From contig CAYLYF010000004.1 in the NCBI GenBank assembly GCA_964387595.1, positions 2,139 through 66,138 on the forward strand: 64,000 nucleotides of DNA, read 5' to 3'. The notes under the pieces were generated by a model. That model did not search any database. It was given only the letters and a program-made list of their open reading frames with translations, and was not told where the DNA came from. Every line of letters starts with the position of its first letter. Within the stretch, counting starts at the first letter, position 1. The translations under genes and the position numbers were made by a program. The stretch comes from an uncultured Thermodesulfobacteriota bacterium (GTDB lineage: Bacteria > Desulfobacterota > WTBG01 > CAIYCZ01 > CAIRTM01). This document shows positions 27,631 to 36,686 of this stretch, piece by piece.

Positions 27631-29718
27631 ATGGACAAAAAACCAAAAAACACGTTTATTACAGCCTGTCTTTTTTTGGCGGTTTTATTAGCCTTAACAG
27701 TTGTTTGTTCTGCTGATGCGCAAACAGTTCCTCCAGCGATTGAAAGCATAACAGCAGAAGACAACTCAATCTGGGAAAGGGTATCAACGGAAGGGTTCGG
27801 TAATTCCAATAATATCGGAATCAGTGCTTTGTGCGCGTATAATGATAATTTGTATGCCCTGACACGAAATGATGTTGAAGGGTTTCAGCTGTGGCAGGCC
27901 GGAACAGCCGGCTGGACCCGGCTGAGCATACCGGGTTTTACTGACAGCGTGCGTCAGCCTTTTTTAAACGGCGGTTACAGTGCCATGACTGTTTTTGACA
28001 ACAGGCTGTATGTGGCGGTTGGTTCCGGGTATGAGGGAGACATGCTTTTCCGCTCTGTCGGCCTGGAAATCTGGCGCTTTGACGGGACAGTCTGGCAGGC
28101 CGTGATCAGTGATGCAAGAAGTGATGGCCAAAAAGAATCCGGGCAGATTACATCTCTGAGCGATTGCGCTGCTGATGATACGGCCATGACTGCGCTGGTT
28201 TCTGACTCAACCAAGGCCTGGACAGTTAACCAGTGGGCCGGAGGTGTGCTGAAGATATCATCCGGTGACGGTGCGGGCCGGGTTTTTGATATTATCAGCA
28301 ATGATAATACGACTTTAACCATTCAGCAGAATGAGGCGGCAACAGAGGATGAATATACGATTTGCGCTTCTTTTGCGCCGGATGCAGACCGCTCGGAGAT
28401 GACCGTTGGCTCGGTTGCTCAGAGTGACAGCTATCTTGTGACGCTGGGCTGGAAAGCAAACGGTTTTGGAGAGATCTGGAACAAGAATCTTATTGGCTTT
28501 GAAGAATACCAGGGCCGTCTGTATCTTTCTGTCGCGCTAAATTATGCGGACGGGACCCGGGTTTGGCGAAGTTCCGACGGTCTTGAGTGGGAGCCGACTT
28601 CAGAGTACAGTTTTGGTCTGATGCATGGTTATGATATGGACGGGGTTGAAACCGGTTTTTGTTTGGTAGACGGTTATGAATACCGTAATGGCGGTCCGGT
28701 TTGTTCCAGCGCCACATATCTGCATGCCAGTGATGTGACGGGTACGGAAAGCCTGTTCGCGGGCGGAACCGGTTCGACCGGCTGCAATGGCCGAGGGGCA
28801 AGGGTATTAAAATATGACGGAACGGAGTGGGCGTTTTTAGTTGATTATTTTGTAGATACTGATGATGAGGGTACGAATGAAAACGGGCTTGGCGATGCAG
28901 CCGATTTTTTAAGCGCTAATTTTCAGGCCTGGTCCTGGGCGGATTATGATGACCATCTTTTTCTCGGTATCGCCCGGACAATTGGCAGCCGAATCATGTA
29001 TACTGCGACAGGAGACACGGCCAATGATTCATGGAAATATGCTGTGGGCGGTGACGGGCCGATGCCGGATGGTTTTGACGGGGCCGGTGGGCTTCTGGGA
29101 TATGGAAGGGGACTGGGATCTCATCTGTATACATATAATAATGCGTTGTGGGCAGCCTGTTTTGTAAACGCGGCTGTTGCAGGCTTACCGTGGAAACTTG
29201 ATGGGGCAGATATCTGGCGGGCAACCGGGTCAGCGGACGCTTTGGTTTGGACGCGGATAACGGACAACGCCTTCGGCAACCGGGGAATTATTACCTTTGG
29301 CAATCCTGTTGAATTTGACGATACCCTGTATGTTGGGGGTTCAAATATTTTTGGAAACTTTACGGAAAACGCTGCTCCAGACGGAAATGGATGTCTGGTT
29401 TTCAGGCTGGCCAGCCGTTCAGACTGGATCGATCTTGACAGCCTGGATGCAGACGAGAAGAAGTTTTTCATAGACCTGTCTTGGACGGTGGATACTTCAT
29501 CGACGATTAATGGATATAATGTGTATGTATCACGTAATTCTGATATGCTTTTTAAACGAAAGTTAAACCTGAGCCTGATTGAAGATACCAGTTTTATCCA
29601 CGGCATTGTATGGCCGGGAAGCAAGTGGTGGTATGTGATAGAAGCGGTCGGATCAGATGGTAAAACAGCAGTTTTTGGGCCAGTCCCATCGACGGCAAAG
29701 AAATTTTTTGAAAACTGA
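27631..29718 (+). CDS. secreted beta-propeller-like repeat protein with a C-terminal fibronectin-III-like domain
   Basis: It has a signal peptide (MDKKPKNTFITACLFLAVLLALTVVCSADA). Internal Trp/Gly-rich repeats recur (LYALTRND..GFQLWQAG, LYVAVGSG..LEIWRFDG). The C-terminus reads YNVYVSRNSDM...WWYVIEAVGSDGK. Confidence 0.4.
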   Translation: MDKKPKNTFITACLFLAVLLALTVVCSADAQTVPPAIESITAEDNSIWERVSTEGFGNSNNIGISALCAYNDNLYALTRNDVEGFQLWQAGTAGWTRLSIPGFTDSVRQPFLNGGYSAMTVFDNRLYVAVGSGYEGDMLFRSVGLEIWRFDGTVWQAVISDARSDGQKESGQITSLSDCAADDTAMTALVSDSTKAWTVNQWAGGVLKISSGDGAGRVFDIISNDNTTLTIQQNEAATEDEYTICASFAPDADRSEMTVGSVAQSDSYLVTLGWKANGFGEIWNKNLIGFEEYQGRLYLSVALNYADGTRVWRSSDGLEWEPTSEYSFGLMHGYDMDGVETGFCLVDGYEYRNGGPVCSSATYLHASDVTGTESLFAGGTGSTGCNGRGARVLKYDGTEWAFLVDYFVDTDDEGTNENGLGDAADFLSANFQAWSWADYDDHLFLGIARTIGSRIMYTATGDTANDSWKYAVGGDGPMPDGFDGAGGLLGYGRGLGSHLYTYNNALWAACFVNAAVAGLPWKLDGADIWRATGSADALVWTRITDNAFGNRGIITFGNPVEFDDTLYVGGSNIFGNFTENAAPDGNGCLVFRLASRSDWIDLDSLDADEKKFFIDLSWTVDTSSTINGYNVYVSRNSDMLFKRKLNLSLIEDTSFIHGIVWPGSKWWYVIEAVGSDGKTAVFGPVPSTAKKFFEN

Positions 29719-29817
29719 TAAAGGTTGTATTTCTTGATCGGAAGCGTGACGCGCATACGCCAAGTCCTGGAGTGAAGTTAAGTAATATGTATGCAAAATA
29801 ATCCGGATTAATTTAAG

Positions 29818-29859
29818 CGATACCCCCCTCAGCCTGCTGTGGGGGGTATTCTTGTTTTA
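29818..29859 (+). terminator. rho-independent terminator (GATACCCCCC ... GGGGGGTATT followed by CTTGTTTT)
   Basis: A hairpin with a U-rich tail, about 100 nt after the stop of the beta-propeller gene. Confidence 0.55.
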
Positions 29860-30104
29860 TAATTATTTTCCAGGAAGAGGAGGGTTTGGGGGATGAAAAT
29901 ATTAAATAAGGAGTAAGCTTTTTATGTTTTTAATCACGATAACGCAACCAGATATCTCTCCAGTTGAAAACGAGTACACTGCCGCAGTTTTTCTCATCAC
30001 ACCTACAGCTTAAGCTTTCAGTGGTTAAAGTAAAAAGATAATTGCTATCGCTTTTTCCTTCTGGTTTTATAATAACGTAATAGCTGATGGCGCAGAGTGG
30101 GTTT

Positions 30105-30185
30105 TATGGGCCGGGCATTCAGGGTATCCGTATTTATGTGAATCCGAAAGATTTTACGGTCAGTAATCTGCAGAGGACGTACTGA
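30105..30185 (+). pseudogene. Remnant of the 3' end of a DUF1329 gene (...GIQGIRIYVNPKDFTVSNLQRTY*)
   Basis: About 80 nt, near-identical to the last 25 codons of 26292-27560 (IQGISIDVNPKIFTISNLQRTY) and similar to 19200-19265. There is no upstream ORF. Confidence 0.7.
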
Positions 30186-30211
30186 TGTAATTGCCTTTCA
30201 TGGGATCAATT

Positions 30212-30259
30212 AAAAACGGTCTCAGACCTTCTGTGCAGAAGGTCTGAGACCGTTTTTAT
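30212..30259. terminator. Bidirectional terminator, a perfect palindrome AAAAACGGTCTCAGACCTTCTG-TGCA-CAGAAGGTCTGAGACCGTTTTT
   Basis: A 17-bp stem flanked by A5 and T5, lying between the DUF1329 remnant (+) and the 3' end of the minus-strand lipoprotein gene. Confidence 0.75.
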
Positions 30260-30262
30260 ATA

Positions 30263-30928
30263 TTATTTCAGGAGTGCTTCTATAACCGGGAGAGTCGCAT
30301 TGATCATAACTTCAGTCAACGATTTAAGAGCCGGATGAGAGATGATGATATCGTTCATGGATCTTGCGTTATCATAATAGCTTTTTATAATTGCTTTTCC
30401 AACGGCATTTTCCGCAAGGACTTCATCCCTGAACCGGTGAAGGGTATCCAGCCGTGTATCGCCTTCCCCTAAAACAGTTCTGGCCGGGCAGACGGGATCG
30501 TCGCCATCGTCAGTGCAGTCCTGCTTGATTGCCTGTGCAATCGGGTAAGCCGGAGTTTCACCCGTGTATTTTGTAAGAGTGCATCCGGAGAATGTGAAAA
30601 GGCTTGCCGGCATGGACTCATCAAGATCTCCCAGATCCTCAGTATACATATATTTTGTTCCCGCAAACACTCTGGGGTATATTCTAAAGGGAACCGGGTC
30701 TTCACCTTCAGATGTGCTGTTTCCGGAAGTATAGCAGGGAAACATAGAGCTGTCGCGCTCCGTGGTTTCTGTGATTACCCAGGTTGCGGTGCTGCTATCA
30801 TCATATGTGACATCCCAGGTGCCGACCATAAAGTCACAGTCCTGAGCCGACACGGCTCCTGATAAAAATAGAAAAAATAAAATAGTACCCAAAGCAAGTT
30901 TTTTCATAACGGTAGCCTCCTTCATCAT
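30263..30928 (-). CDS. hypothetical lipoprotein. Its C-terminal ~60 aa are shared with the FG-GAP paralog.
   Basis: It has a signal peptide plus lipobox-like sequence (MKKLALGTILFFLFLSGAVSAQDC). Its C-terminal TRLDTLHRFRDEVLAENAVGKAIIKSYYDNA matches ENLETVRVFRDKVLLSSQGGRSMVALYYKHA of 30953-33037. Confidence 0.5.
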   Translation of the reverse strand: MMKEATVMKKLALGTILFFLFLSGAVSAQDCDFMVGTWDVTYDDSSTATWVITETTERDSSMFPCYTSGNSTSEGEDPVPFRIYPRVFAGTKYMYTEDLGDLDESMPASLFTFSGCTLTKYTGETPAYPIAQAIKQDCTDDGDDPVCPARTVLGEGDTRLDTLHRFRDEVLAENAVGKAIIKSYYDNARSMNDIIISHPALKSLTEVMINATLPVIEALLK

Positions 30929-30952
30929 AATTAATGTTGTTTAAAAAGGTTT

Positions 30953-33037
30953 TTATTTCAATACAGAACAGGCAGAATTAATATGCCCGCTGTCTGCAAT
31001 GCTATCCAGACGTTTATGGTTGTTTGAGAAACCGTGTAGACTGAAGATTTCATTACCAGTTCGGGTAATTATTTTAGAGCAGTCTTTTTTTAAGTCTAAA
31101 CCGGCATGTTTTGATAGTTCTTTAATCAGCTCAATTCCCTGCTGGATAACTGCTAGAGGAAATACTGTAGCATGGTTTTCTTGCGTTCTTTTTATCTCCG
31201 GAATAAGGGTGCTCAGCAGGTTCCTGGCCTTTGTTTTCAGCTGGGGTTCTCTGAGAAGAATGCCGATGATTTCAGCCGCATGTTTATAATACAGCGCAAC
31301 CATTGATCGACCACCTTGAGAAGATAAAAGGACCTTGTCCCGGAAAACTCTTACAGTTTCTAAGTTTTCCTGCTGTCCGCTCATTAACATACTGATGGGG
31401 CATAACTGTGAAGTTTTGTTTTCGTAGACAAAAATTGAGCCTGAAGAACTGTCTTTATCTACACTGGTATCGTATATGGTTGCGATTATATCCAGGTCAC
31501 CATCACCATCGATATCATAAATATCAGGTTCTCCCGGCATGCATGCCGGATCTTTGTACAGGGCAGCACGTTTAAAGGCCAGGCAGTCATCCTCAAGGCC
31601 TTGTGATTCGTAATAATATACAGCTCCCTTTCCGTCACCCGACACAACCAGATCCGGAAGGCCGTCACCTGAGATATCAGCTGCCTTGACAGCCGCAGGG
31701 GATCCCTGGGAGTAGGCTCCTCCGGGACGGTCAACAGCAAAGGGGTCTGCAGCTACCGCCTCGTCGTCATCTGGATCCAGTTCCGGATTTCCGGAATCTA
31801 TGGTGATTGGATTCCAGTTTTCTGTAACTTGAGGATTGTCCGGAACATTAAAGTAGTAGATACCCGAAGGCCATACTCTGTTATCGCTTTTATAGTCCTG
31901 ATGATTATGGCTTGTAATGAGTATTTCATCATCCGAATCATCATCAATATCCGAACAGAATACGTCAAATCCTTTGCCAATGGGGTTTGACGATTTATAC
32001 CAGTTTTCTATGGTATAACGGTTCCACGGCTGTTTAAGAACCGATACACCTGATGTCCTGCCCGGATTTTCAAACCAGGAAAGGGTATCCCCTCTTATAT
32101 CTGATCCGTCCAGCCCCCCTTTGACAATCAGGGTCCCCGGATTTGTGATCAGGAACTGAGGTGCCAGAACATCAAGGTCGCCGTCTTTGTCTACATCAAA
32201 AAAAGCTATAAAAAAACCGCCTCCCTCACCGATTTCATAAGGGCCGGAATATCCCGAGGGAAAGGTTTCCCTGTCTGTTTCCCGTCTGAACCACTCTACC
32301 CATCGGTACTGCTGATCTGTTTTCTGCCAGTACCACATGTGGGATTTTGTGGTGACGAAGTCCTCCAGTCCGTCGCCGTCTATATCATGGAATTCTGCTT
32401 TATGATAGGTCTCGATACCATCTGTACAGTTATCCGACGAGCATGGACATTTTCCATTTATTTCCCCTTGAAAAATGATCTGTTTTTTCCAATTTTCCGG
32501 ATCGGTGATATCTCCTCCGTTGTTTTCCAGATAATATATGCCGGAGACTCCGCAGGTAGACCACGCGGCCAGGTAGTTGTCCATGACCATAATATCTATG
32601 TCGCTGTCATTATCCATGTCCCTCAGCACCATGTCATTTGGGAAGGAAAAGGTATCGTTAATAATGGTCTGAGTCCAGGCGTCAAGGTTTGAGCCGTTCC
32701 AGGTAAATACTGCGATGGCCCCGTCAAAAATATTAAAATCAACAGATTGTCCCATCAGAGAGGAACAGACCACTTCAGGGATGCTGTCCTGATTCAGATC
32801 ACCCACAGCAACAAAGCCGGGTGCTTTGTAACCGGGGACATCGGGTTTCACCGGCAGCGGTGTTTTTATGCCGGTAATTGTGTGTCGAACAAATTTTAAT
32901 GACAGCAATGGGTCTTTGGAAATATTGACACACTGAGCGGTTGCAGTAGATAGGCTGAACAGTATTGTACACAAACAAAAACAGGCTGCACAAGACTCTT
33001 TTCGAACAAAAAAAGCATAAATGTTACTTTTTTTCAT
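30953..33037 (-). CDS. secreted FG-GAP / VCBS-repeat protein (paralog of 19296-21278) with a different, alpha-helical-looking C-terminus
   Basis: Its N-terminal two-thirds are co-linear with 19296-21278 (FVRHTITGIKTPLPVKPDVPGY versus FTRHTVTGITTPQPVLPDVPGF; DIDGDGDLDI repeats). It has no TSP3 repeat. Confidence 0.65.
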   Translation of the reverse strand: MKKSNIYAFFVRKESCAACFCLCTILFSLSTATAQCVNISKDPLLSLKFVRHTITGIKTPLPVKPDVPGYKAPGFVAVGDLNQDSIPEVVCSSLMGQSVDFNIFDGAIAVFTWNGSNLDAWTQTIINDTFSFPNDMVLRDMDNDSDIDIMVMDNYLAAWSTCGVSGIYYLENNGGDITDPENWKKQIIFQGEINGKCPCSSDNCTDGIETYHKAEFHDIDGDGLEDFVTTKSHMWYWQKTDQQYRWVEWFRRETDRETFPSGYSGPYEIGEGGGFFIAFFDVDKDGDLDVLAPQFLITNPGTLIVKGGLDGSDIRGDTLSWFENPGRTSGVSVLKQPWNRYTIENWYKSSNPIGKGFDVFCSDIDDDSDDEILITSHNHQDYKSDNRVWPSGIYYFNVPDNPQVTENWNPITIDSGNPELDPDDDEAVAADPFAVDRPGGAYSQGSPAAVKAADISGDGLPDLVVSGDGKGAVYYYESQGLEDDCLAFKRAALYKDPACMPGEPDIYDIDGDGDLDIIATIYDTSVDKDSSSGSIFVYENKTSQLCPISMLMSGQQENLETVRVFRDKVLLSSQGGRSMVALYYKHAAEIIGILLREPQLKTKARNLLSTLIPEIKRTQENHATVFPLAVIQQGIELIKELSKHAGLDLKKDCSKIITRTGNEIFSLHGFSNNHKRLDSIADSGHINSACSVLK

Positions 33038-33187
33038 ATATTCTCCAGAAAAACAATTAAGAAAATATTTACCTTGAAACGATCTTTTTAAAATGTGCTG
33101 ACAGCTTATTTCGGCATATTGAAAAAAATGAAATTAAATTCAACTTTCATCTTTTATGAGCCATATTTTTTAAAATAACACAAATAG

Positions 33188-33199
33188 TTGGCTAGTCAA
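33188..33199. promoter_or_regulatory. Palindromic box TTGGCTAGTCAA in the divergent FG-GAP / marR intergenic region
   Basis: It is the same TTGAC-N2-GTCAA family as the boxes at 24157 and 24281. Confidence 0.4.
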
Positions 33200-33443
33200 C
33201 TTAAAAATAGGTCCATAAAGTTCAAAAACTTGTTTTCTAAGCGAAGATGTCTCATGTCTTTAACCTTTTATCAAGGGTCGAGATACAGGTTTTTTTGATC
33301 ATTATTTTATTATTGGTGCAACTCTATTTTAAAAGTTTTAATGAGCATTAATTTCTTTTTATAATTTGTTTAGTTTTTTCAAATACTTATTGGTTTGTCT
33401 GGAAGATGTTTGTGGTTTTTAAAATAAAAATAAATAAACATAT

Positions 33444-33455
33444 TGACTAATCAAT
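33444..33455. promoter_or_regulatory. Box TTGACTAATCAA overlapping the -35 of the marR promoter (-10 TATAAA 16 nt downstream). This is a probable autoregulatory operator.
   Basis: The geometry is seen directly: the marR ATG at 33477 lies about 20 nt after the -10 element. Confidence 0.45.
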
Positions 33456-33476
33456 TATTTTTAGTATAAATAATTT

Positions 33477-33926
33477 ATGGACTCATACTGTAAAAATTTT
33501 AATCCAAAAGATTCAATGGCCAATTTGTTGAACACGACCACGAGGACACTTTCAACCCGGCTTCAGAGTTTATTTACCAGTCACGGGATCGATGTTACCT
33601 CGGAGCAGTGGATGATACTGCTTCTTTTGTGGCAGGAAGACGGCCGTTCTCCCTACCTTCTGGCGGATATTATTGTTAAAGACCGTGCTGCCATCACAAG
33701 GCTCATTGATGGCCTTGAAAGGCGGAATCTTGTGGTGAGAATAAAGGACAAAAATGATTCCCGTCAAAAACAGGTCTATTTAACGCCCAAGGGAAAAGCC
33801 CTGGAAAAAGAACTGATTCCGCTGGGTCTGTCCAACATGGCAAAAGCAAAGCAGGGGATCAGCACTGAAGAAATTGATATCTGTAAAGCCGTATTAAAAA
33901 AGATCTACCAGAATCTAATTGAGTAA
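33477..33926 (+). CDS. MarR family transcriptional regulator
   Basis: Winged-HTH region (SEQWMILLLLWQEDGRSPYLLADIIVKDRAAITRLIDGLERRNLVVRIKDKNDSRQKQVYLTPKG). Confidence 0.8.
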   Translation: MDSYCKNFNPKDSMANLLNTTTRTLSTRLQSLFTSHGIDVTSEQWMILLLLWQEDGRSPYLLADIIVKDRAAITRLIDGLERRNLVVRIKDKNDSRQKQVYLTPKGKALEKELIPLGLSNMAKAKQGISTEEIDICKAVLKKIYQNLIE

Positions 33927-34006
33927 TTCTTTTATGGTTATAATTGATATATCAATCATAATGGTTTGCTTTTATTTTTGCTTGAGAAAACACGAAAGGA
34001 GATTTT

Positions 34007-34798
34007 ATGAGATTTAATAACAAAAATATCATCGTAACCGGGGCTGGAACGGGAATCGGAAAAGGGATCGCCCATCGATTTGCAGCTGAAGGTGGAAATG
34101 TGGTGATTGCAGACCTGAACCGGGAAAATGGGGAGCGTGCCGTACGGGAGATTAAAGAACAGGGGGGATCCGCCCTTTATGTACTAACTGACGTATCAAA
34201 GGAAAAAGACATTGAAAACCTGATTTTAGAAGCGACAGAAGCCTTTGGTCCTTTGCACGTTGCGGTATCAAATGCCGGTATTACGGAATCAGCCTCGTCT
34301 GCTCTTGATATCTCTTCGCAGGAATGGGATCAGGTGTATGCCGTAAACACAAAAGGGTCTTTTCTGTTTTGCCGGGCCAGTGCCAAAAACATGATGGAAA
34401 ACGATATTAAAGGTGCAATTGTAACCTTATCCACGCTGATGGCACGGGGTGGTAAGGGCATGTCCGGGGCGTATGCCTCTTCAAAAGCAGCGGTAATCAT
34501 GTTTACCAAGACCCTGGCCAAGAGCCTTGGAGCATCGGGAATTCGAGTAAATTGTGTGTCCCCGGGAATTGTGGCTACCGAAATCTACAATAAGGTTGAA
34601 AAGGAAATGATGATGGAGAAAGGCTCTTTTGCCGACTGGCTGGTGGAAGAATCAATCAACAATGGTCAGCTTTTGATTCCCCGTGGAGGCGCACCGGAAG
34701 ACATTGCTTCAGCAGTGGCTTTTCTAGCGTCCGAAGATGCATCCTATATTACTTCTCAAAACCTGAGTGTGGACGGCGGCATGGACTGGTGCTGGTAG
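34007..34798 (+). CDS. SDR family oxidoreductase
   Basis: TGAGTGIGKGIA Rossmann motif, NAG, and a YASSKAAV catalytic YxxxK. Confidence 0.85.
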   Translation: MRFNNKNIIVTGAGTGIGKGIAHRFAAEGGNVVIADLNRENGERAVREIKEQGGSALYVLTDVSKEKDIENLILEATEAFGPLHVAVSNAGITESASSALDISSQEWDQVYAVNTKGSFLFCRASAKNMMENDIKGAIVTLSTLMARGGKGMSGAYASSKAAVIMFTKTLAKSLGASGIRVNCVSPGIVATEIYNKVEKEMMMEKGSFADWLVEESINNGQLLIPRGGAPEDIASAVAFLASEDASYITSQNLSVDGGMDWCW

Positions 34799-34872
34799 CA
34801 GACTGTTACAGGGTGCTGGTTTTAAAAATTGAATCGAAGATAACAAAAAAATATAGTCTGGAGGAAAAAATA

Positions 34873-35874
34873 ATGGCAGAGGATAATAAAAAGATAGCCT
34901 TTACGGTTGATGCGGAGCGGTGTGTTGGATGCGGGGCCTGTGTGGATGCCTGTCCGATGAAAATCCTGGCTCTTGAGGATGGTATTTGTATCATCACCGA
35001 TATCTCAAAATGCCTAGAATGCGGTACCTGTATTAAAGAGTGTCCAACAGATGCGATCACCATACCGGGCGTTAAGCTGTCTCCCAAAGAAAAGAAGGGG
35101 AAAAAAGATGATGCCTCGCCTGCAGCAAAGAAGACGGCCGGGGATACTCCGGCTTCGCAGAAGTTCACCCCGATCCTGCAGCATCTGACCGATCTAATAA
35201 CTCAGGAGCTTGCGCCGGTTCAGGTCTTTGAACACGAGGGCACGGATGTCACCAGTTTGAACGAATTTGAGCTTGAAGGGGAGTCCTGCTTTTACCGGGT
35301 TTACAAAGCCGATAAACTTGAAAAAATCGGTATCTCCCGCATGAATTTTTACGGAACCATGGTTGCCGACGTTGTGTCAATCACCCCGGGCCCGGAATAT
35401 GATATGCCCTATTACATTATTGACTGGGATGAATCAGATGAGCATATCTTTTTTATTTGTGACCTGATGCCCAGCGTTGACGTGGCACAAAATCTGGAAC
35501 AGCTGCAAAACTATTTTTATGATCCGCTGGAAGATCTGTACAACACCTACTGTGAAGTTCCCGGAATGAAACCCAGTGTGTTCCACTGGGTCCGTGCGAT
35601 CCACTCTCCTTACCTGATCACCGGGACTGTTGAAAAAACAGGAAATAATGTGGATATGATATATCAGTGTGCTGTGGACTATTTTAATGCCTGGCTGAAA
35701 ATTTATAAAGAAGCCCAACCGCAGGATCCCGGATCCGATTATATGAAACGGGTTCATGAACGGCGGAAAAACATGCGCGCACTTTACCGGGAATACGATC
35801 CCGGTGTCGGAACCCTCAATAAGTTTTTGGGTGATGAGATGGCGGATACCTCTCTCGCCATTATTGAACCGTAA
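34873..35874 (+). CDS. 2x[4Fe-4S] ferredoxin domain fused through a Lys-rich linker to an FDBR-like (bilin-reductase-family) domain (putative)
   Basis: CVGCGACVDACP and CLECGTCIKECP motifs, followed by the linker KEKKGKKDDASPAAKKTAGD, then ITPGPEYDMPYYIIDWDESDEHIFFICDLMP, which aligns with the FDBR core. The start was chosen at ATG 34873, after GGAGGA. The ORF-track start at 34789 overlaps the SDR gene. Confidence 0.45.
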   Translation: MAEDNKKIAFTVDAERCVGCGACVDACPMKILALEDGICIITDISKCLECGTCIKECPTDAITIPGVKLSPKEKKGKKDDASPAAKKTAGDTPASQKFTPILQHLTDLITQELAPVQVFEHEGTDVTSLNEFELEGESCFYRVYKADKLEKIGISRMNFYGTMVADVVSITPGPEYDMPYYIIDWDESDEHIFFICDLMPSVDVAQNLEQLQNYFYDPLEDLYNTYCEVPGMKPSVFHWVRAIHSPYLITGTVEKTGNNVDMIYQCAVDYFNAWLKIYKEAQPQDPGSDYMKRVHERRKNMRALYREYDPGVGTLNKFLGDEMADTSLAIIEP

Positions 35875-35892
35875 ATTGGAAAGGACAACACC

Positions 35893-36600
35893 ATGACCGA
35901 AACTATAGATTTTGCTGGAAAAGCAAAAACATTTATGAATGCCATCCCCATGCAGCCGGTAGAAATAGATCCGAAGCTCAGTCGGATCGAAGCTGAGGGC
36001 GGCATCATTGATCTGGAAATATTTAAGGCGGAAAAGATCGAAAAAATTGTTTTCTGCACCATTAATATGCATGAGACCGGGGTGGTGGAGTCAACGGTTA
36101 TGATCTGGCCGGATGATAATCACAACCTGCCGATCCTGTGGTGCAACCTGACGATTGTGCCGGAAGTCATGAACGTACCTGTTTTTGACTTTGTGCCCAT
36201 GATGGATTTTGTGGTATGGCCCGGATATGCAGAAAAATACGTTGAATGTATTAAAGACTTAAAAGATAATGCGATTGAAATCCTTGGTGATATGGTGATC
36301 GACAAAGCCGCTAATCTTCCCTCGCTATCCGTTTATACCCTTTCTCCGTATAAGCTCGTTGCCATGATCTCAGATGACGGGATAGCAAAGGTTCCCGAGG
36401 TCACGGGAGAATATATTGCAAAATATGCCGAACTGTGGCTGCAGGCTGAACCGATTGTCGGGGATGAAGATAGGGCCTATTATCTTAGAAAAAAAGCAGC
36501 CACCAGCAAGCTAATGAAAGCAAATGATCCCGGTTATCACTTTATGGTGGATGTGTTCGGAGAGGAAACCACGCATAAAGTTTTTGATCTGGTCTTTTAG
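35893..36600 (+). CDS. ferredoxin-dependent bilin reductase family (PcyA/PebA/HY2-like) protein (putative)
   Basis: At 235 aa it is FDBR-sized. WPDDNHNLPILWCNLTIVPEVMNVPVFDFVP aligns with PebA [32 protein letters not shown]. The C-terminal FMVDVFGEETTHKVFDLVF matches the FDBR C-terminal motif. Confidence 0.5.
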   Translation: MTETIDFAGKAKTFMNAIPMQPVEIDPKLSRIEAEGGIIDLEIFKAEKIEKIVFCTINMHETGVVESTVMIWPDDNHNLPILWCNLTIVPEVMNVPVFDFVPMMDFVVWPGYAEKYVECIKDLKDNAIEILGDMVIDKAANLPSLSVYTLSPYKLVAMISDDGIAKVPEVTGEYIAKYAELWLQAEPIVGDEDRAYYLRKKAATSKLMKANDPGYHFMVDVFGEETTHKVFDLVF

Positions 36601-36686
36601 GTGAGGGCAGGCAAAAGTCGGTTATTGTGATATACTTAACTAACTTGTCTTAAAGATATAATAAGGTTTTTATATAGGAGCAGCAT

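Noticed and set aside
34789-34872. Longer start (ATG 34789) for the ferredoxin-FDBR fusion
   Set aside because: It would overlap the SDR stop region and adds a non-conserved 28 aa. ATG 34873 has a proper GGAGGA RBS.
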